Of a stretch of 64,000 bases of DNA, positions 51,186 to 64,000 are shown piece by piece (position 1 is the stretch's first letter; the number at the start of each line of letters is the position of its first letter). Under the pieces are notes generated by a model. The model did not search any database, was not told where the DNA came from, and worked only from the letters and a program-made list of their open reading frames with translations. Made by a program: the position numbers and the translations under genes. Where the stretch lies: contig JAQFVV010000005.1 in assembly GCA_028023455.1 (NCBI GenBank), positions 8,866,001 to 8,930,000 on the forward strand. Reading direction: 5' to 3'. The DNA comes from Epiperipatus broadwayi (Eukaryota > Animalia > Onychophora).

Positions 51186-51989
51186 TATGGTTCAATATAT
51201 TTATATAGATATTAAAGATTACAACTTGACCACAGAGATTGAAATCATTGGTACAAAGAAGTTTACATAAATCTTCTTAAACAGATAAATATAACCTGTT
51301 CTGAATACAGACTAATAAATACTATGTTTCTTCAAAAATAAGACCTAACCAAAAAATAAGCCTTGGCATGATTTTTGAGGATGCTTATAATATAAGCCCT
51401 ATTCCAAATATAATCTTTAGTTAAGATCAGCAACCTAATAGATGGCTTATTGAATTACAGAATAATATGTAAATAAACAATATTATTGACATTAATGCTT
51501 TTGTCAACTATTTTCAACAAATATATAGGACAATTTTTAATTTCATTTATATATATTTAGGTACTTATTTTATTTATATTTAATACTATGATTTAAAATG
51601 CTTGATTTAGTTTTAAAGTTTCAGTATATAGCTTTCAAATATTCAAGATAAAGAAATAATTAGTTTGATTTCTTAAACATTTTGTATTCTGAAAAACTTT
51701 ATTAAAATAACAAAATTGATTTTAAAAATCAAAGTTTACCTTAAGTTAAATCAGATTCTTTTTCTCCTAAAGAAAAGTTTTTAAAAAGAATACCAAAGCA
51801 GGGTTATTACAACTAATTTAAAAAGTGTTTACAATTTGTGTACTTGATAACTCCTGTCTACCAAGTCTTCAATTAACACTTGATTTAAGAGTAAATTTAA
51901 AAGAATAATATTCTGATTGCCAGATAAGATGAATGCAAAAAGTAAGAGCTATTCTAATGAGTAAAGAAAGATATTGTGGAGGTGGTTGT

Positions 51990-52006
51990 GGGTGGGTGGG
52001 TGGGGG
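51990..52006 (+). other. Canonical G-quadruplex motif
   Basis: GGGTGGGTGGGTGGGGG. Confidence 0.7.
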
Positions 52007-52297
52007 CTCCCAGGATAATAATCTTGCAGCTTTTTGTAAAGGAAAAAAGTAATTTAATAAATGTACATTTGAATAAATCTAGATTTTTGTACATGAAAAA
52101 TAAGACATCCTCTGCAAATTAGTCCTACAGTGTCTTTTGTTGCAAAAATTAATATAAAACACTTATTTTGAGGGGAAAATAGTAGTCAAATATAACATTA
52201 CAGACTGCAAATGTAATTTTCAAATTGCACTCAAAGTATTACTTAAATAATAAGGGTAATAATGCTCAAGGCTAAATGGGTTTATAAGTCATCATTA

Positions 52298-52440
52298 AAA
52301 ACCAGTCAACACTTGGACAATCCTAATGTCATCAACAATCTCAGACCGTTGTCCAGGTGCCCCCTTTTAACAGTAATGGTCCATTATATTCATATAATCA
52401 CTAAAGATTACATCTTGACCACAGTGCTTGAAATTATTGA
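52298..52440 (+). repeat. Uninterrupted (empty-site) copy of the repeat split by the L1/Tx1 element
   Basis: First half aligns with 44795-44890; second half (atggtccattatatt...taaagattacatcttgaccacag) aligns with 51188-51250. Confidence 0.8.
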
Positions 52441-53385
52441 TATTTTTATGTTTTAAAGTCTATTCCAATTGGCATTATGCTATATGTTGCATTAAAATAT
52501 TTCATACTGAGCATTTTCACTTTATTATGTTTGCACACTTCCATGAATGAAGAAAATACTCATTATTATATTTGTAGATTTATATTTTAATTATTTAATG
52601 TTGTTGAAGTTGTTTATTTTATGTCCCATAAATTATATTTCTTATATGTATTTATCTTTATCCTCATTTTATTTCCATATTTTTATTTTTTATAAGATAT
52701 TTATTAATCTTTCCATTTTATATACCAAATGTGCTTAAAATGTAAAATAAGTAAAGCCAATTTCTTCAGATCGTTTTAATAAAGAATCATCTCTCTACAT
52801 TTGAATCCTAAGCTTCAATAGCAGATTCTCATCTGGGATCAGAATATAAATTCATTATCATACAATAATGAATAATCACTCAACTTTAGTATGGGTGACA
52901 ATAGAGTAGAGAGCTGTTCTCATTTATTCACTTAATTTATATACATTTCATATCAATTCTTTTTCTGTTCTAGATAAACCTGGCAATTCCAAATCCACAA
53001 TGTTATAAAAAGATGGCTGTTTGTATAATTTTAGAATAGATCTGAGACTTGAATTTTACAATTTTAATTTCACTTATTCATTGTGGCTTTTTCATTTTAT
53101 CTGTTATATCACTAGAGGAACAAAAAGAAAGATAAAGTAAGATTTTTTTAAAGAATGAGTAATGTCTTAATATATAGTTTTCAAATTCACCATACCCTAT
53201 ATACATTTTTCAAATATCCATTGTGTATTTTAGAACTTTGTACAGTATTTAATTTTTTTGTTAAGAATTTTTGATGATGTCTTAATGTAACTTTTAACTT
53301 GTATTGTATGTCAGTATTATGAGGGGAATGATGATGCTTAAACCCATCACAATTTAATATCAACTAGCCCTATAAACATAGATGT

Positions 53386-53587
53386 AAACAAGCAAAACTC
53401 TTTATACAGTAGTGCCACTCAGTGCAAGTCAGAGTAATCAATGGATGCCAGAAAGCTTGTGCATAAAATCTCTATCTAGTGCCTACTCATCCAATATCCC
53501 CAGACTAGTTTCTGGCTTGTGGCCTTAGTCAATGATTACTCTGGCTTGTACTGAGTGGCACTACTGTTTGGAGAGTTTTGCCTGTTT
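53386..53587. mobile_element. MITE-like inverted repeat with ~55-bp arms
   Basis: 53386-53440 pairs with 53533-53587 (cagtagtgccactcagt / actgagtggcactactg). Confidence 0.75.
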
Positions 53588-54759
53588 TAATAACAGTTAT
53601 GAGCAAGCATAAGAAATGGTGATCGTGTGATGTTTAAACATAGATGTATTAATGATATGTAAATATTGATTTTTTGCCTAAATAAATGTTCAAAAAAAGA
53701 AATCTAGATTAAGATTTAAATATATAGACCTTCATTATATATGCAACGTGGTGTAAATGTAAAAAAATTAATAGTAATATTTATTTTCCTTTTTTTTTTG
53801 TTGCAAAGAAAGAATTTTATATTTTATTTTGTTTTATATAAATAAAATTAAAAAAAAAAGAAAAAATTAAGTTTATATTTATCTTATAAAGGTGGAATTA
53901 ATTAAAATATATAATGTAAAATTATTAAAAAAAATTGTAATTATCTTTTATATGATTTTAATTTTATCAGAGTTACTGAAACACTCACAATTTTGTTTTA
54001 AATTCTGTATTGATTAGATATTTTTGTTACTTGTAACATTCTTGTCATTAATTAATTAAAAGATTTATGGGGTGATTTATTTAGAAAAAAAATATAGATT
54101 AAGAAAAACGAGGCCATTTGGGATGATTCAGCTTTTTTTTTTTTCATGTGTCAGACTATAAATGGGATTTTGAAACAAAGGTCAAAGTTGTTTGGATTAT
54201 TGTTTGATTAGAGTTATAAAGACAAGCTGTGATTGAGAAGGCGTTCTTCTTAAAAGAATTTTAGGCTGGCAAAAATTTAGTTGAAGTCCCAACCGAAAAC
54301 TCTGGTTTGATGTTGAGAATTGTGAGAATGTAATTACTTATAGAGTACAAAAATCAATCCCTAGGAATCTTTGTTGTATTACTAATTGACATACTGCTGA
54401 TGAATAATTTTATTGAAGTAAAACAAATGGAGGAGTAAACGTTTGCCATTTCCTGAGTATAACTCATCATCATCATGTGAACCTATTAATGATTGCTGAG
54501 TACCACTGCCTGCTTCTTAAAAAAGTACAATGAAGATGTTTAAATCAAAATCCTTATACTACCATAATTCTGAAGTCTTGCATATGAGGAAAATGCCTGA
54601 AACCCTGAATTGGTTATCAATTTTTAAAAGAAGAGAAAAGAAAAAAGAAAGAATTAATTAAAACTTTTATTTATTGAAAATAAATTAGCTCCAGATATTT
54701 ATTTTTATTTGTAAATTAAATATTTGAAAAGAAAACCATACATCCCAGAAAGTAAGGTT

Positions 54760-55140
54760 AATTATTTATTGATTTAATGTTTTTTTATATAAATATAATT
54801 GACTTAATAAATGTGTCAATATATGTATGTTTGCTTATGAAATGATTTTTTTTTTTTAATTTAAATATATTTAATCTCTTACATTAATAATTGAGGACTT
54901 AATTTATGTGTCCATATATACATATGTGTGTATGGAGTGGTATTATTTTATTTGTTTGAATTTAAACATAATTAATCTCTTCCATTGATTTAATATTTTT
55001 TTCATATAAATACAATTATTTAATGTATACATACATATATGTATGTGGAATATGGAGTGATATTTTTTATTGACTGAAACATTTAATCCTTCAATTGATT
55101 TATTTTTCCTTGTATATAGATATAATTATTTTATTTAATT
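54760..55140 (+). repeat. Degenerate ~120-bp tandem repeat, about 3 copies
   Basis: Recurrent catatatgtatg...tatggagtg(g/a)tatt...ttaatctctt.cattgattt. Confidence 0.55.
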
Positions 55141-56644
55141 TACAAATACTTGAGTTTCTATATATATAATGATCTCATGATTTTTGATTGAAATTGAATT
55201 AACATCTTAGATATAGTTGTCTTTGTTTATTTTTTTTTTTAATATTATGTATGTGTATATAGCAGATATATATATATGCCTGTGTATATGTATAGAGCAA
55301 CATATATTTTCATGTAATTCGGAAAAAAGGCAGGGGAATTTCACTCATATTTTATCTATACGGTATTTTTTCCCCAAAAAATTATGATTATGGCATTTCA
55401 TTAACATTAATAAATTAAATTAAGTTGAAATCATCATTTGAGGTTCAGTTTATCTTCTCATCGCACTCTACAACAAATCTAAAGTATTAATTTTGGTTTC
55501 TCTTTTTTTTTTTTTGTCACTTTGAAAAATTAAGAATACTGAGCTTCAATAGGAGATATTCTATAAGGAATTGTAGGTAAATATCTTTTTATCTATTTAA
55601 TGCATTCTTTCTTAGGAAAGTAGTGCGAAAAGCTCATGTGATTCAGGTCTTATAAAAGTGTTTTCTTAATGGCAAGTTTTACCAATCCATATAAAGTTTG
55701 ATATGAAGAGAGAGATCAGAAAATGTAACTAGAGACTATTACTTTGATCTTTTTAAATAATAGAGACATGGTTACTAATGTGTCTGTTTATTTAGTAATT
55801 TTAAAAAATAACATATATGAGTTTGTGTACTTGTCAAAAGTTGATTTGTGTGCACCATGTGTAAGGCCTACAATAGACAGATTAAGTCAGTAATCCATGA
55901 AGTAGAAATAGAATTCACAGTATAGAAATTTAGAGCACCCCATGTTGATAATATACTAAATATGTACAATGTGGTTACATACTTGTTAAAGTCATCAACA
56001 TTATATATGTGTATTTTCTACTACCCATGAATTTTAGTTTCTATGAAGGCTTGGAAGCAAATGAATTTAATTGTAAAGGTCTATTGGGGAAATATACATA
56101 TTCAACTCCTGGGCTGGAGATGTCTTAAATAGTACATACTGTAGTAAATCTTCTTACATTCTTTCACAAAAGAAAAGCAGAGTAAAAAAATATTAATAAG
56201 TCAGTGAATGATGATCAGTGCAATTAAGGCTTTAGTTTTTTATTTTATTAATTAAAAGAAAATAGTTATTCCTTCACTAATTTACAACTAAACAAAATTT
56301 TAGTCCATCTAAATTTTTATCTCCCTCTTGATCCATTCCATGTATATGTTTGTTTATATTATGCTTTTTTATAGAAATATATTTAAAATTCTATATTTCT
56401 CAAGATTATTGATGACTAGTATATAGTAAAGACATTCTCTATAAAATAAAAACAACATATGTATATAGTTTGTAATTAATTTATGAGTTCTATAATAATA
56501 GTGTAATGCACTTTAGAATGTGCAAAAATTAGTAATATTAAGTTGGATAATGAATAAATTTGAAGAATAATATTAAAAGAGATTCTTTTCTATTGTTATC
56601 ATTGTTTATATAATTACTGACTTCATTATTTGGTTTCATTTAGG

Positions 56645-58340
56645 TTGGACATAAATCTCATCTGAAAACTCCCATTTAAAAACAAATCAAGTTACTCATG
56701 AACAGCAACCATTGTGTAAATTGGTTATATATATCTACATTCTATTACTTATTAAGTTTAGTTGGTGATTTTAAATAGAAACATCAGCTCTCTCAAGATG
56801 TTTTCCAAAAAGGGTGTCATTGACAAAACCTTAATTAATTATTTTTAAATGTATAATTAATTTTGATTTTCCAGACAGGTATATCATAAACCTAATGTGT
56901 GGATGAATGGATATTTTAATTAGTTAATAGAAACTTGTTTAAATTTACTATGAATCTCATCTGAAAATCGAATTTTGTGTGAAGTCACTGTGATTTTATT
57001 TTTGCAGTAATTAAAGCAGCAGCATAAAAGACCACATTGTGTAATTTAAATCACAAAGTTCTTGGAATCTCATTAGGAAGAAAACTTCAGTGGATGCTAG
57101 TAATAAATTATGTGATTTTTTAAAATTAAAAATATATTCATCTGAATTTTAAATTTGGATTCATGTTTAAAATAAATAATAAATGCTGAGTAAAAATTGT
57201 ATTTTTAAAAAAATATTATGATGATATATATGTATTTAATAATATTTGAAGAAAACTGCCATATCACTAATTATTTAATATGATGTCAAAAATTGGAATT
57301 TAAGAATATATTAAAAATTTATTACTGCTTTAAGCAGATGATAATTAGCATGTAAGTTGTTCCTCCATTCATTGTGATTGGTATAAAAGATTTCTTACAA
57401 TGTATATATGTAGAAATATTAATTGTTGTGTAGTAATTTATAGTGATTAAAATGGTGAAAATTTTTTTAGATTTTCCTATCATCAACAAACAGTATTATT
57501 ATTTAATTGTGTGATTTATTTTGAAATTGAAGTAAAAATGGCTTAACATTTGTATATTAAATATTGGCAACTATTATTTTACAAGAAATTGTTTTAAGAT
57601 GGTGTCTTGATATTAATTTTTAATCACTATGTGATGTGTTTCTAAAATTTTCAAGTTAAAGAAAGCAGTCCTAATATATATATTTAAAGGATAACTCAGC
57701 TTAGAAAATTTCCTGTATTTGCAAAAATCCTTAAAAGATTCAAATAGCAATACTTGTATTAAGTGTGATTTATATATTTGCAAGGAAAGAAAAATATTCT
57801 TTTAATGTAGAAATATTTATAAAAAAGTCAATGGCTATTTATGAAGTTAATTCTATTTATAAATATTATACAGGGTGCAAAAGACTTTCTGATTTAGTAT
57901 TTTAAGTTGCTGTGAAGAGTATAATAATACTTAAAGATATACAGAGAAAAATATTAATTTGACTATTTCTATTCATTAGTGTTACATTCAAAATCTTCAA
58001 AGGAACTTACAAGTGATTTCAATATATTCCAAATAAATACACAGAACAAGTCATAAAGAATGAAGCATTTTTTATTCTAAGGATCATCTGATTATAAAGT
58101 TGCTCAAAGGCAGCTTTTATCATTACGAATCTTCTGTACAAATTGGTTCAAAAGTATGTCTAAAAGCTCTTGTAGAAAATATTTTTTGAAAACCACTTGC
58201 AAACGCAATTACAAAAGATATTTACAAATGAATGAAAGAAATGATTAAAAAACTAAGAAATGATCTTTATGTTATTGGAAATTTAAAAATTCATAAATTT
58301 TTTTTATCATTACAAAACTGCTAGTGAATGTTTTAATAAA
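56645..58340 (+). pseudogene. Heavily decayed zinc-finger remnants upstream of ZF locus 2
   Basis: SHLKTNQVTHEQQPLC (~56665-56720), HCDFIF (~56985), DYKVAQ (~58090), HYKTAS (~58308). Confidence 0.45.
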
Positions 58341-58342
58341 CC

Positions 58343-60531
58343 ATGAAAGATCTCATTCATGAACAAAAACCATTTCAGTGTGATATCTGTAAATATAAAG
58401 CTTCTCAAAAAACTCAATTAACACTGCATAAAAAAACTCACACTAGAGAAAAATCTTTTAATTGTAGTTACTGTGGTTACAAAACACATATTATATGTAA
58501 TTTAAAAGTACATCAAAGAGTTCATATTGGAGAAAAACTTTTTAGTTGTTGCTTCTGTGATTACAGAACTCCTTTCAAAAGTAATTTAAAAGCGCATGAA
58601 AGAACTCATACTGGAGAGAAACCGTATATCTGCAGCTTCTGTGATTATAAGACATCTCAAAAACGAACTGTACAATTACATGAAAGAACTCATACAAAAG
58701 ATAAACCATTTCAGTGTAATTTATGTAATTACACTGCTTCTAACAAAGCCAGTTTAAAACAGCATGAAACAAACCATAGTGGAGAAAAGCCTTTTAATTG
58801 TAGCTTCTGTGCATACAAGACTTGTAGAAAAAGTAATTTAAACCTGCTTGAAAGAACTCACACAAAAGAAAAACCTTTTAATTGTAATTTGTGTGACTAT
58901 AAGACTTCCAGGAAAAGTAGTTTAAAACTACACGAAAGAATACACACAGGAGAAAAACCATTTCAATGTACCCTATGCAACTACACTACTTCTCATAAAG
59001 CTAGTTTAAAACAGCATGAAACAAGTCATACTGGAAAAAAAGCTCTATAAATGTAATCTTTGTGATTACAGTACTGCTAGGAAAGCTCATTTAAAACAAC
59101 ATGAAAGGACTCATACTGGTGAAAAGCATTTGAATAATAGCTTTTATGAATATAGTACTTATCAAAAAGCTAACTTAAGAATGCATGAAAGAACTCATCC
59201 AAAAGAAAAACGTTTTAAATGTACTTTATGCAATTACACTGCTTCCTTCAAAGTTAGTTTAAAACAGCATGAAATAAAATGTGGAGAAAAGCCTTGTAAA
59301 TGTAGTGTCTGTGGCTATACTTTTGCTCAAAAAGGTCATTTGAAGCGACATGAAAGAACTCATAATAGCGAAAAGCTATTTAATTGTGGCTTCTGTGAAT
59401 ACAAAACCTCTGAAAAAACGTATTTAAAAGTACACGAAAGAATTCATACTGGAGAAAAACTTTTATTGTAGTGTATGCAATTATAAGACTTCGCAAAAAC
59501 TTAATTTAAAAGTATTGGAAGAATTCATACAAAAGAAAAACCTTTTCATTGCACTTTATGTAATTATACTGCTTCTCACAAAGCTGGGTTAAAACAGCAT
59601 GAGACAAATCATAGTGGAGAAAAACCCTACAATTGTAATTTATGTGATTACAGCACTTCTTTGAAAAACAATTTATTATTGCATAAAAGAACTCATACTG
59701 GTGAGAAATCCTCCATTGTAGATACTGTGATTATAAGAGTTCTCAAAAACCTAATTTAAAATTGCATGAAAGAACTCATAGCAAAGAAAAATCTTTTAAG
59801 TGTATTATATGTAATTATGCTACTTCTTACAAGGTTAGTTTAAAACAGCATGAATCAAGTCATAGTGGAGAAAAACCTTTTAATTGTAGCTTCTGTAACT
59901 ACAAGACTTGTCGTAAAAGTAATATAAAACAACATGAAAGAATTCACATGAAAGAAAAACCTTTTAATTGTTATTTATATGATTATAAAACTTCTAGGAA
60001 AAGTCTATTAGAACTACACAAAAGATCACATACAGGAGAAAAACCATTTCAGTGTATTTCCTGTAGTTACAAGACCTCTAAAAAGCAAATTTAAGAATTC
60101 ACAAAAGAACTCATACTAGACAGAAACCATTTCATTGTAGTGTCTGTGATTATAAAACTTCTATAAAAGTTTGTTTAAAATTCCATGAAAGAATTCATAT
60201 CAGAGAAAACTTAAATTTAAGTAGATACAGGTTTTCTGGAAAATGTACTGAAATAGAACTTGAGAATAATTTGTGTCATTACAAAACTGATAGAGTTAAG
60301 GAAGCTGCTTCTCAAAGTAAACTGACATATAATCAAAATATTCACACAAAACATACTTTACTATTGAATCACAAGCAGATAAAAAACATTAAAAATGACT
60401 TTCATAATAGTGTTGTATTTAAGTGTCATTTAAGTGATTATGAAGATGCAGACAAAAATGTTTTAGATAATCATGAAACAAATCATTTTACTGATTCTAA
60501 CACTATTGAGATTCTTATTCAATTGACTTGA
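58343..60531 (+). pseudogene. Tandem C2H2 zinc-finger paralogue (~22 tandem fingers plus a degenerate terminal finger) with about 5 frameshifts
   Basis: Finger-coding frames join across shifts at ~59040, ~59462, ~59518, ~59711 and ~60088; some fingers have lost Cys or His; ends ...HETNHFTDSNTIEILIQLT*. Confidence 0.88.
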
Positions 60532-61444
60532 AAATCCTGGTAAAAGTGATTATTAAAAACTTGTAATATTCAAATGCAATGATATTTTTATCAGGAAAAT
60601 ATTTTTCTCCTTCATTATCATAAAACAAAACATTATTGAAAAAGTAAAATAAAATAAATGGAATCTCTAAAAGGATTTCATTGGAAAGGAGAAATACATT
60701 TTTAATCTGTGTAATCCCTATGACAATACGTAATTGTTGTTTAAAAACATTAAATAAAACTATTATGTAAGCAGGTAATTTTAGAATTTTGCATAGATAG
60801 ATATTATGCTTTAGCTAAATTTAGATCTTGGTATACATTTTGTATTATGCTGAATTGTGTATTGTTTCAACTGCATTATCTCTCATTTGTATGTCCTTGA
60901 TAAAAACCCAGTATAAATTTTGTTTAGTATTCTTGTATTTTATCATTAAATGTCACTTATTTGACAATTAAGTGTCATAACAATGTATTTATACCCAATA
61001 AATACCTTGAAATTTTGTACATTATCATTTTTAATTTGATCTAACAAATATCATTATTAAATATGAATAAATTTTTTTGCTGTTTCTCTAGTCATTTACT
61101 TTATGTATCACAGGTATAAATTGCTACCTATTTAATATGATTATTGTTAACATTTTTATTTTATTTATTGAAAGTCATGATTTACACAGATATAAATTAT
61201 TCCTCCTGCATCTAAAACATTTGTTCCCAAACTGCTTTAGATAGTAGCAGGATTAATATAGTTTCAACATAGTTGTATTAATATGTTTACATAGTGTGTA
61301 GGCACTGTGATCTAGAAAGTTAAAATTTACATTTATTAGATAATTATTTATGTATAATTTTTATTGGAAATTATGAAGGACTAACTACTGTATAGCATTT
61401 TATGCTGACATAACTACTTTGCATACTTAAGTTATTAAAATATC

Positions 61445-61560
61445 ATCATAAAGCTGTTGCACATGCGCTTTGCAGATTTTAACTATAAATGACTGAATAC
61501 TAAACACTTCAAACACATGATAAAGTACAGTTTATAAAACATTGCGTTATATAAAATAAT
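61445..61560. repeat. Diverged relative of the 29-kb fold-back unit
   Basis: acatgcgctttgcagat..aactataaatga matches acatgtgctttgcagatgtcacaatataaatga; aaaacattgcgttatataaaata matches aaaacatcgcgctatataaaaaata. Confidence 0.6.
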
Positions 61561-64000
61561 TGATTTATTTTAAATATCATCATGTAAATTTAGATGAATA
61601 ATTGAAATACAGATAATAATAAAAAAAGATATAGACATTGATTTTGTTTGTTATAAGCCAATTTATTATTATTTTACCAATTTATGTTTTAACTGATCTC
61701 ATTTTCTTTTTTGCTATTGGCTAATGTTAAATTTATTTAATTGAGCAGTTCTTTGAAAATAAAAAAATGATTTAGAATTGATTTATCCTGCAGGTAAAAT
61801 CTGGATAGAAGTAGTTTATACTTAAAAATAATTTTCAATTTCTTGAGAGTTTATAGATTTATTCAAAATTTCAGTTCTGCTTTATAGTCAATTAACCATT
61901 CATTCATCATTTTAGAATAGATTTTATTAATTGTACATCTTATTTTCTGAATATTCTCTGATATTCAATTTAATTATGAACAATTGAACTTTAATAAACA
62001 GTTTATTATTTTATGGTGATGATTCAAATACTAGAGCTTATTGAAATTTATAATTTAACATATAAAGATGTCAATTATAAAATTATCAATGAATAATGGC
62101 TTTTATTAATGGGTCTTTACTCTTAATGGCAATTTCCAGAATGTTATCTGCAATTGGAAATAAAATTGCATTACCATCCGATCATCACTAATAACTCCGT
62201 CTTACAAAAGATGGTATTACTGTACAATCATAGAAGTTCATACTAAGTGTGCTTTGAAATCTAAGAGATAATTTGATGTTAACAATGTTTTAGCCAGGAA
62301 AAAGAATGTCTAAGGCTTATACATAAGAGAGTCTATCAAAATGTGAAGTTATTGATCTGGTATGAGAAGTATACTAGCATACTAGCTTTAATTAAAAAGC
62401 TTGCTTTTTAAAAAATTTCAGATAGAAAGTCAATAAAAAAAAATTAAATTGGATCCCATTGACAAAAATGTGTTGGTTATATCTCTGAATCAAAGTGATT
62501 CTCTGGAAAATGCCATATACTGGTCTGAGGATGGGATTAAATTGCAATGCTTTAGATATCATTAATTTCACAGGAGAATAAAGTTTTAAAATTAAATGAT
62601 ATACTTTTATTACTGAAATTACATTAAAACATGATTTATGGATCAAAAATGAGTTACATTTATAATTAATTAAATATTTTCAGAGATAATTATAAGTTCC
62701 TTTATCCTAGTATTTTAGTCATTGGTGTAAGAATCATCACCTGTTTAGCAGAAAAAAAATCATTAATTCACTTGATGTGTAATTTTTGTTGAAATATAAT
62801 TGTATTTATATAATGGTGAATAAATTATTGCTATGTTCAAAATATATAACAAAGTAATTTTGCTTCACTTCACATAGAAGTACTATGGCTAATTTAAGCT
62901 AGGTTTATTGAAACATTATATCATAACTTATTACAGTTGTTACTCTCTTTGTGTAATCTGTATAATGATGATTTCATAACTGAAAGATATTGTAACTTTT
63001 ATATTTGTCCCCTTGTTTGTGCAATCTCTATAAGTATGGTCATGATTAAAAAAATATTAGATATAAAATTATAAATTAATAAAAATAAAGTTAAAATTTG
63101 TTACATTTGTTTCTTATTATATGGTGCATATATAGTATATAATCACTTATATACACTAATATTAAAAATGTATATTATAATACAGTGTACTGCTCTATGA
63201 ATTTCTGTATGAGCATTGATCTTGAAAATAATATAGATGCAGTAGGGATGATTACTGCATTTACTTATATAAACTATTGTGGTTAAGAATTGAATACAAA
63301 ATGAGAATATTTTTTATGTTTTCAACATTTTTGGACATCGGCTAACACAGGAATAAAAATAGATACCTTGGTAACATTTTTTTCTCTGGTAGTGAAAGAA
63401 CCCAAGAGTATATATTTACCAGGAAACATATTTTTATAAGTTTTGAGAAAAATTTAAAATATGCAAGTTCAAAAAAATTAAACAATTAGTCTCCAGTCAC
63501 TTAAAGCTTTGTAAAACTGATTAAAATATAAGATCGATAACATCAAGGCTGGTGTGTATTCACTGAAACTATAAAACCTGTTGAATATTACAAAGAGTAG
63601 TTATTCACACAACACATTGGAACCAAAGATCCATAGCATTGAATATTTTTACGTCTTCTATAAGATTTATGGTGATCATATCAAAGCCAATGATTTCTGG
63701 TGTGAAAGCAGCTGTAGCAAAAACATAACTGGAAGTATGTTGTACACCTGGGAAGTTATCCAGTTTGTTTTTGCCTCTTGCATTGTGAAAATGTGATAAT
63801 TTGGGCAGACATATAGTATTTTTTGATCCAGTTATTTCTCCATAAGGATACATCTCAAATGCATATTTTAGTAATCTAGATTCTTTTATGATGCAAACAA
63901 TGTTTCCAGGCAACACTTTCTTCCAAATGATGTTTCATTTCATGCACTTAGTGGAACTAAATTTCAGTTTGAAAAAGATAAATGTGAAATATTTCTATGC

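Noticed and set aside
59033-59045. A-AAA-AAG slippery heptamer as a programmed frameshift in ZF locus 2
   Set aside because: Restoring the frame needs +1 rather than -1, and four further indels plus lost zinc ligands downstream point to decay or error.
62100-62650. Coding-like stretch as a further LINE relic
   Set aside because: No ordered RT or endonuclease motifs could be recognised.

Overview
AT-rich (roughly 70-75% AT by eye), CpG-depleted eukaryotic DNA, probably from an invertebrate animal; the species cannot be determined from the sequence. There are two paralogous tandem C2H2 zinc-finger loci on the + strand. One is an intact 15-finger ORF (12947-14425). The other is a ~23-finger copy broken by about five frameshifts (58343-60531). 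Both end in the same tail, HExNHFTD...EILIQLT*, and their EILIQLT* codons differ only at synonymous sites. The rest is largely transposon-derived: two Ty3/gypsy relics; a full-length but disabled L1/Tx1-type LINE (44891-51155) with a 13-bp TSD and a 5' ETS/YY1-like promoter, inserted into a repeat whose empty-site copy lies at 52.3 kb; an older relative of it on the - strand, apparently interrupted by nested insertions; several RTE relics; a Penelope-like element with a hammerhead ribozyme core downstream; a Merlin deletion derivative; a hAT MITE and other MITEs; and a tRNA-like SINE. There is also an unusual 789-bp fold-back concatemer of a ~336-bp unit flanked by a 13-bp direct repeat. No CRISPR, rRNA or intact tRNA was found. 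All homology calls come from motif recognition by eye; no database searches were run.
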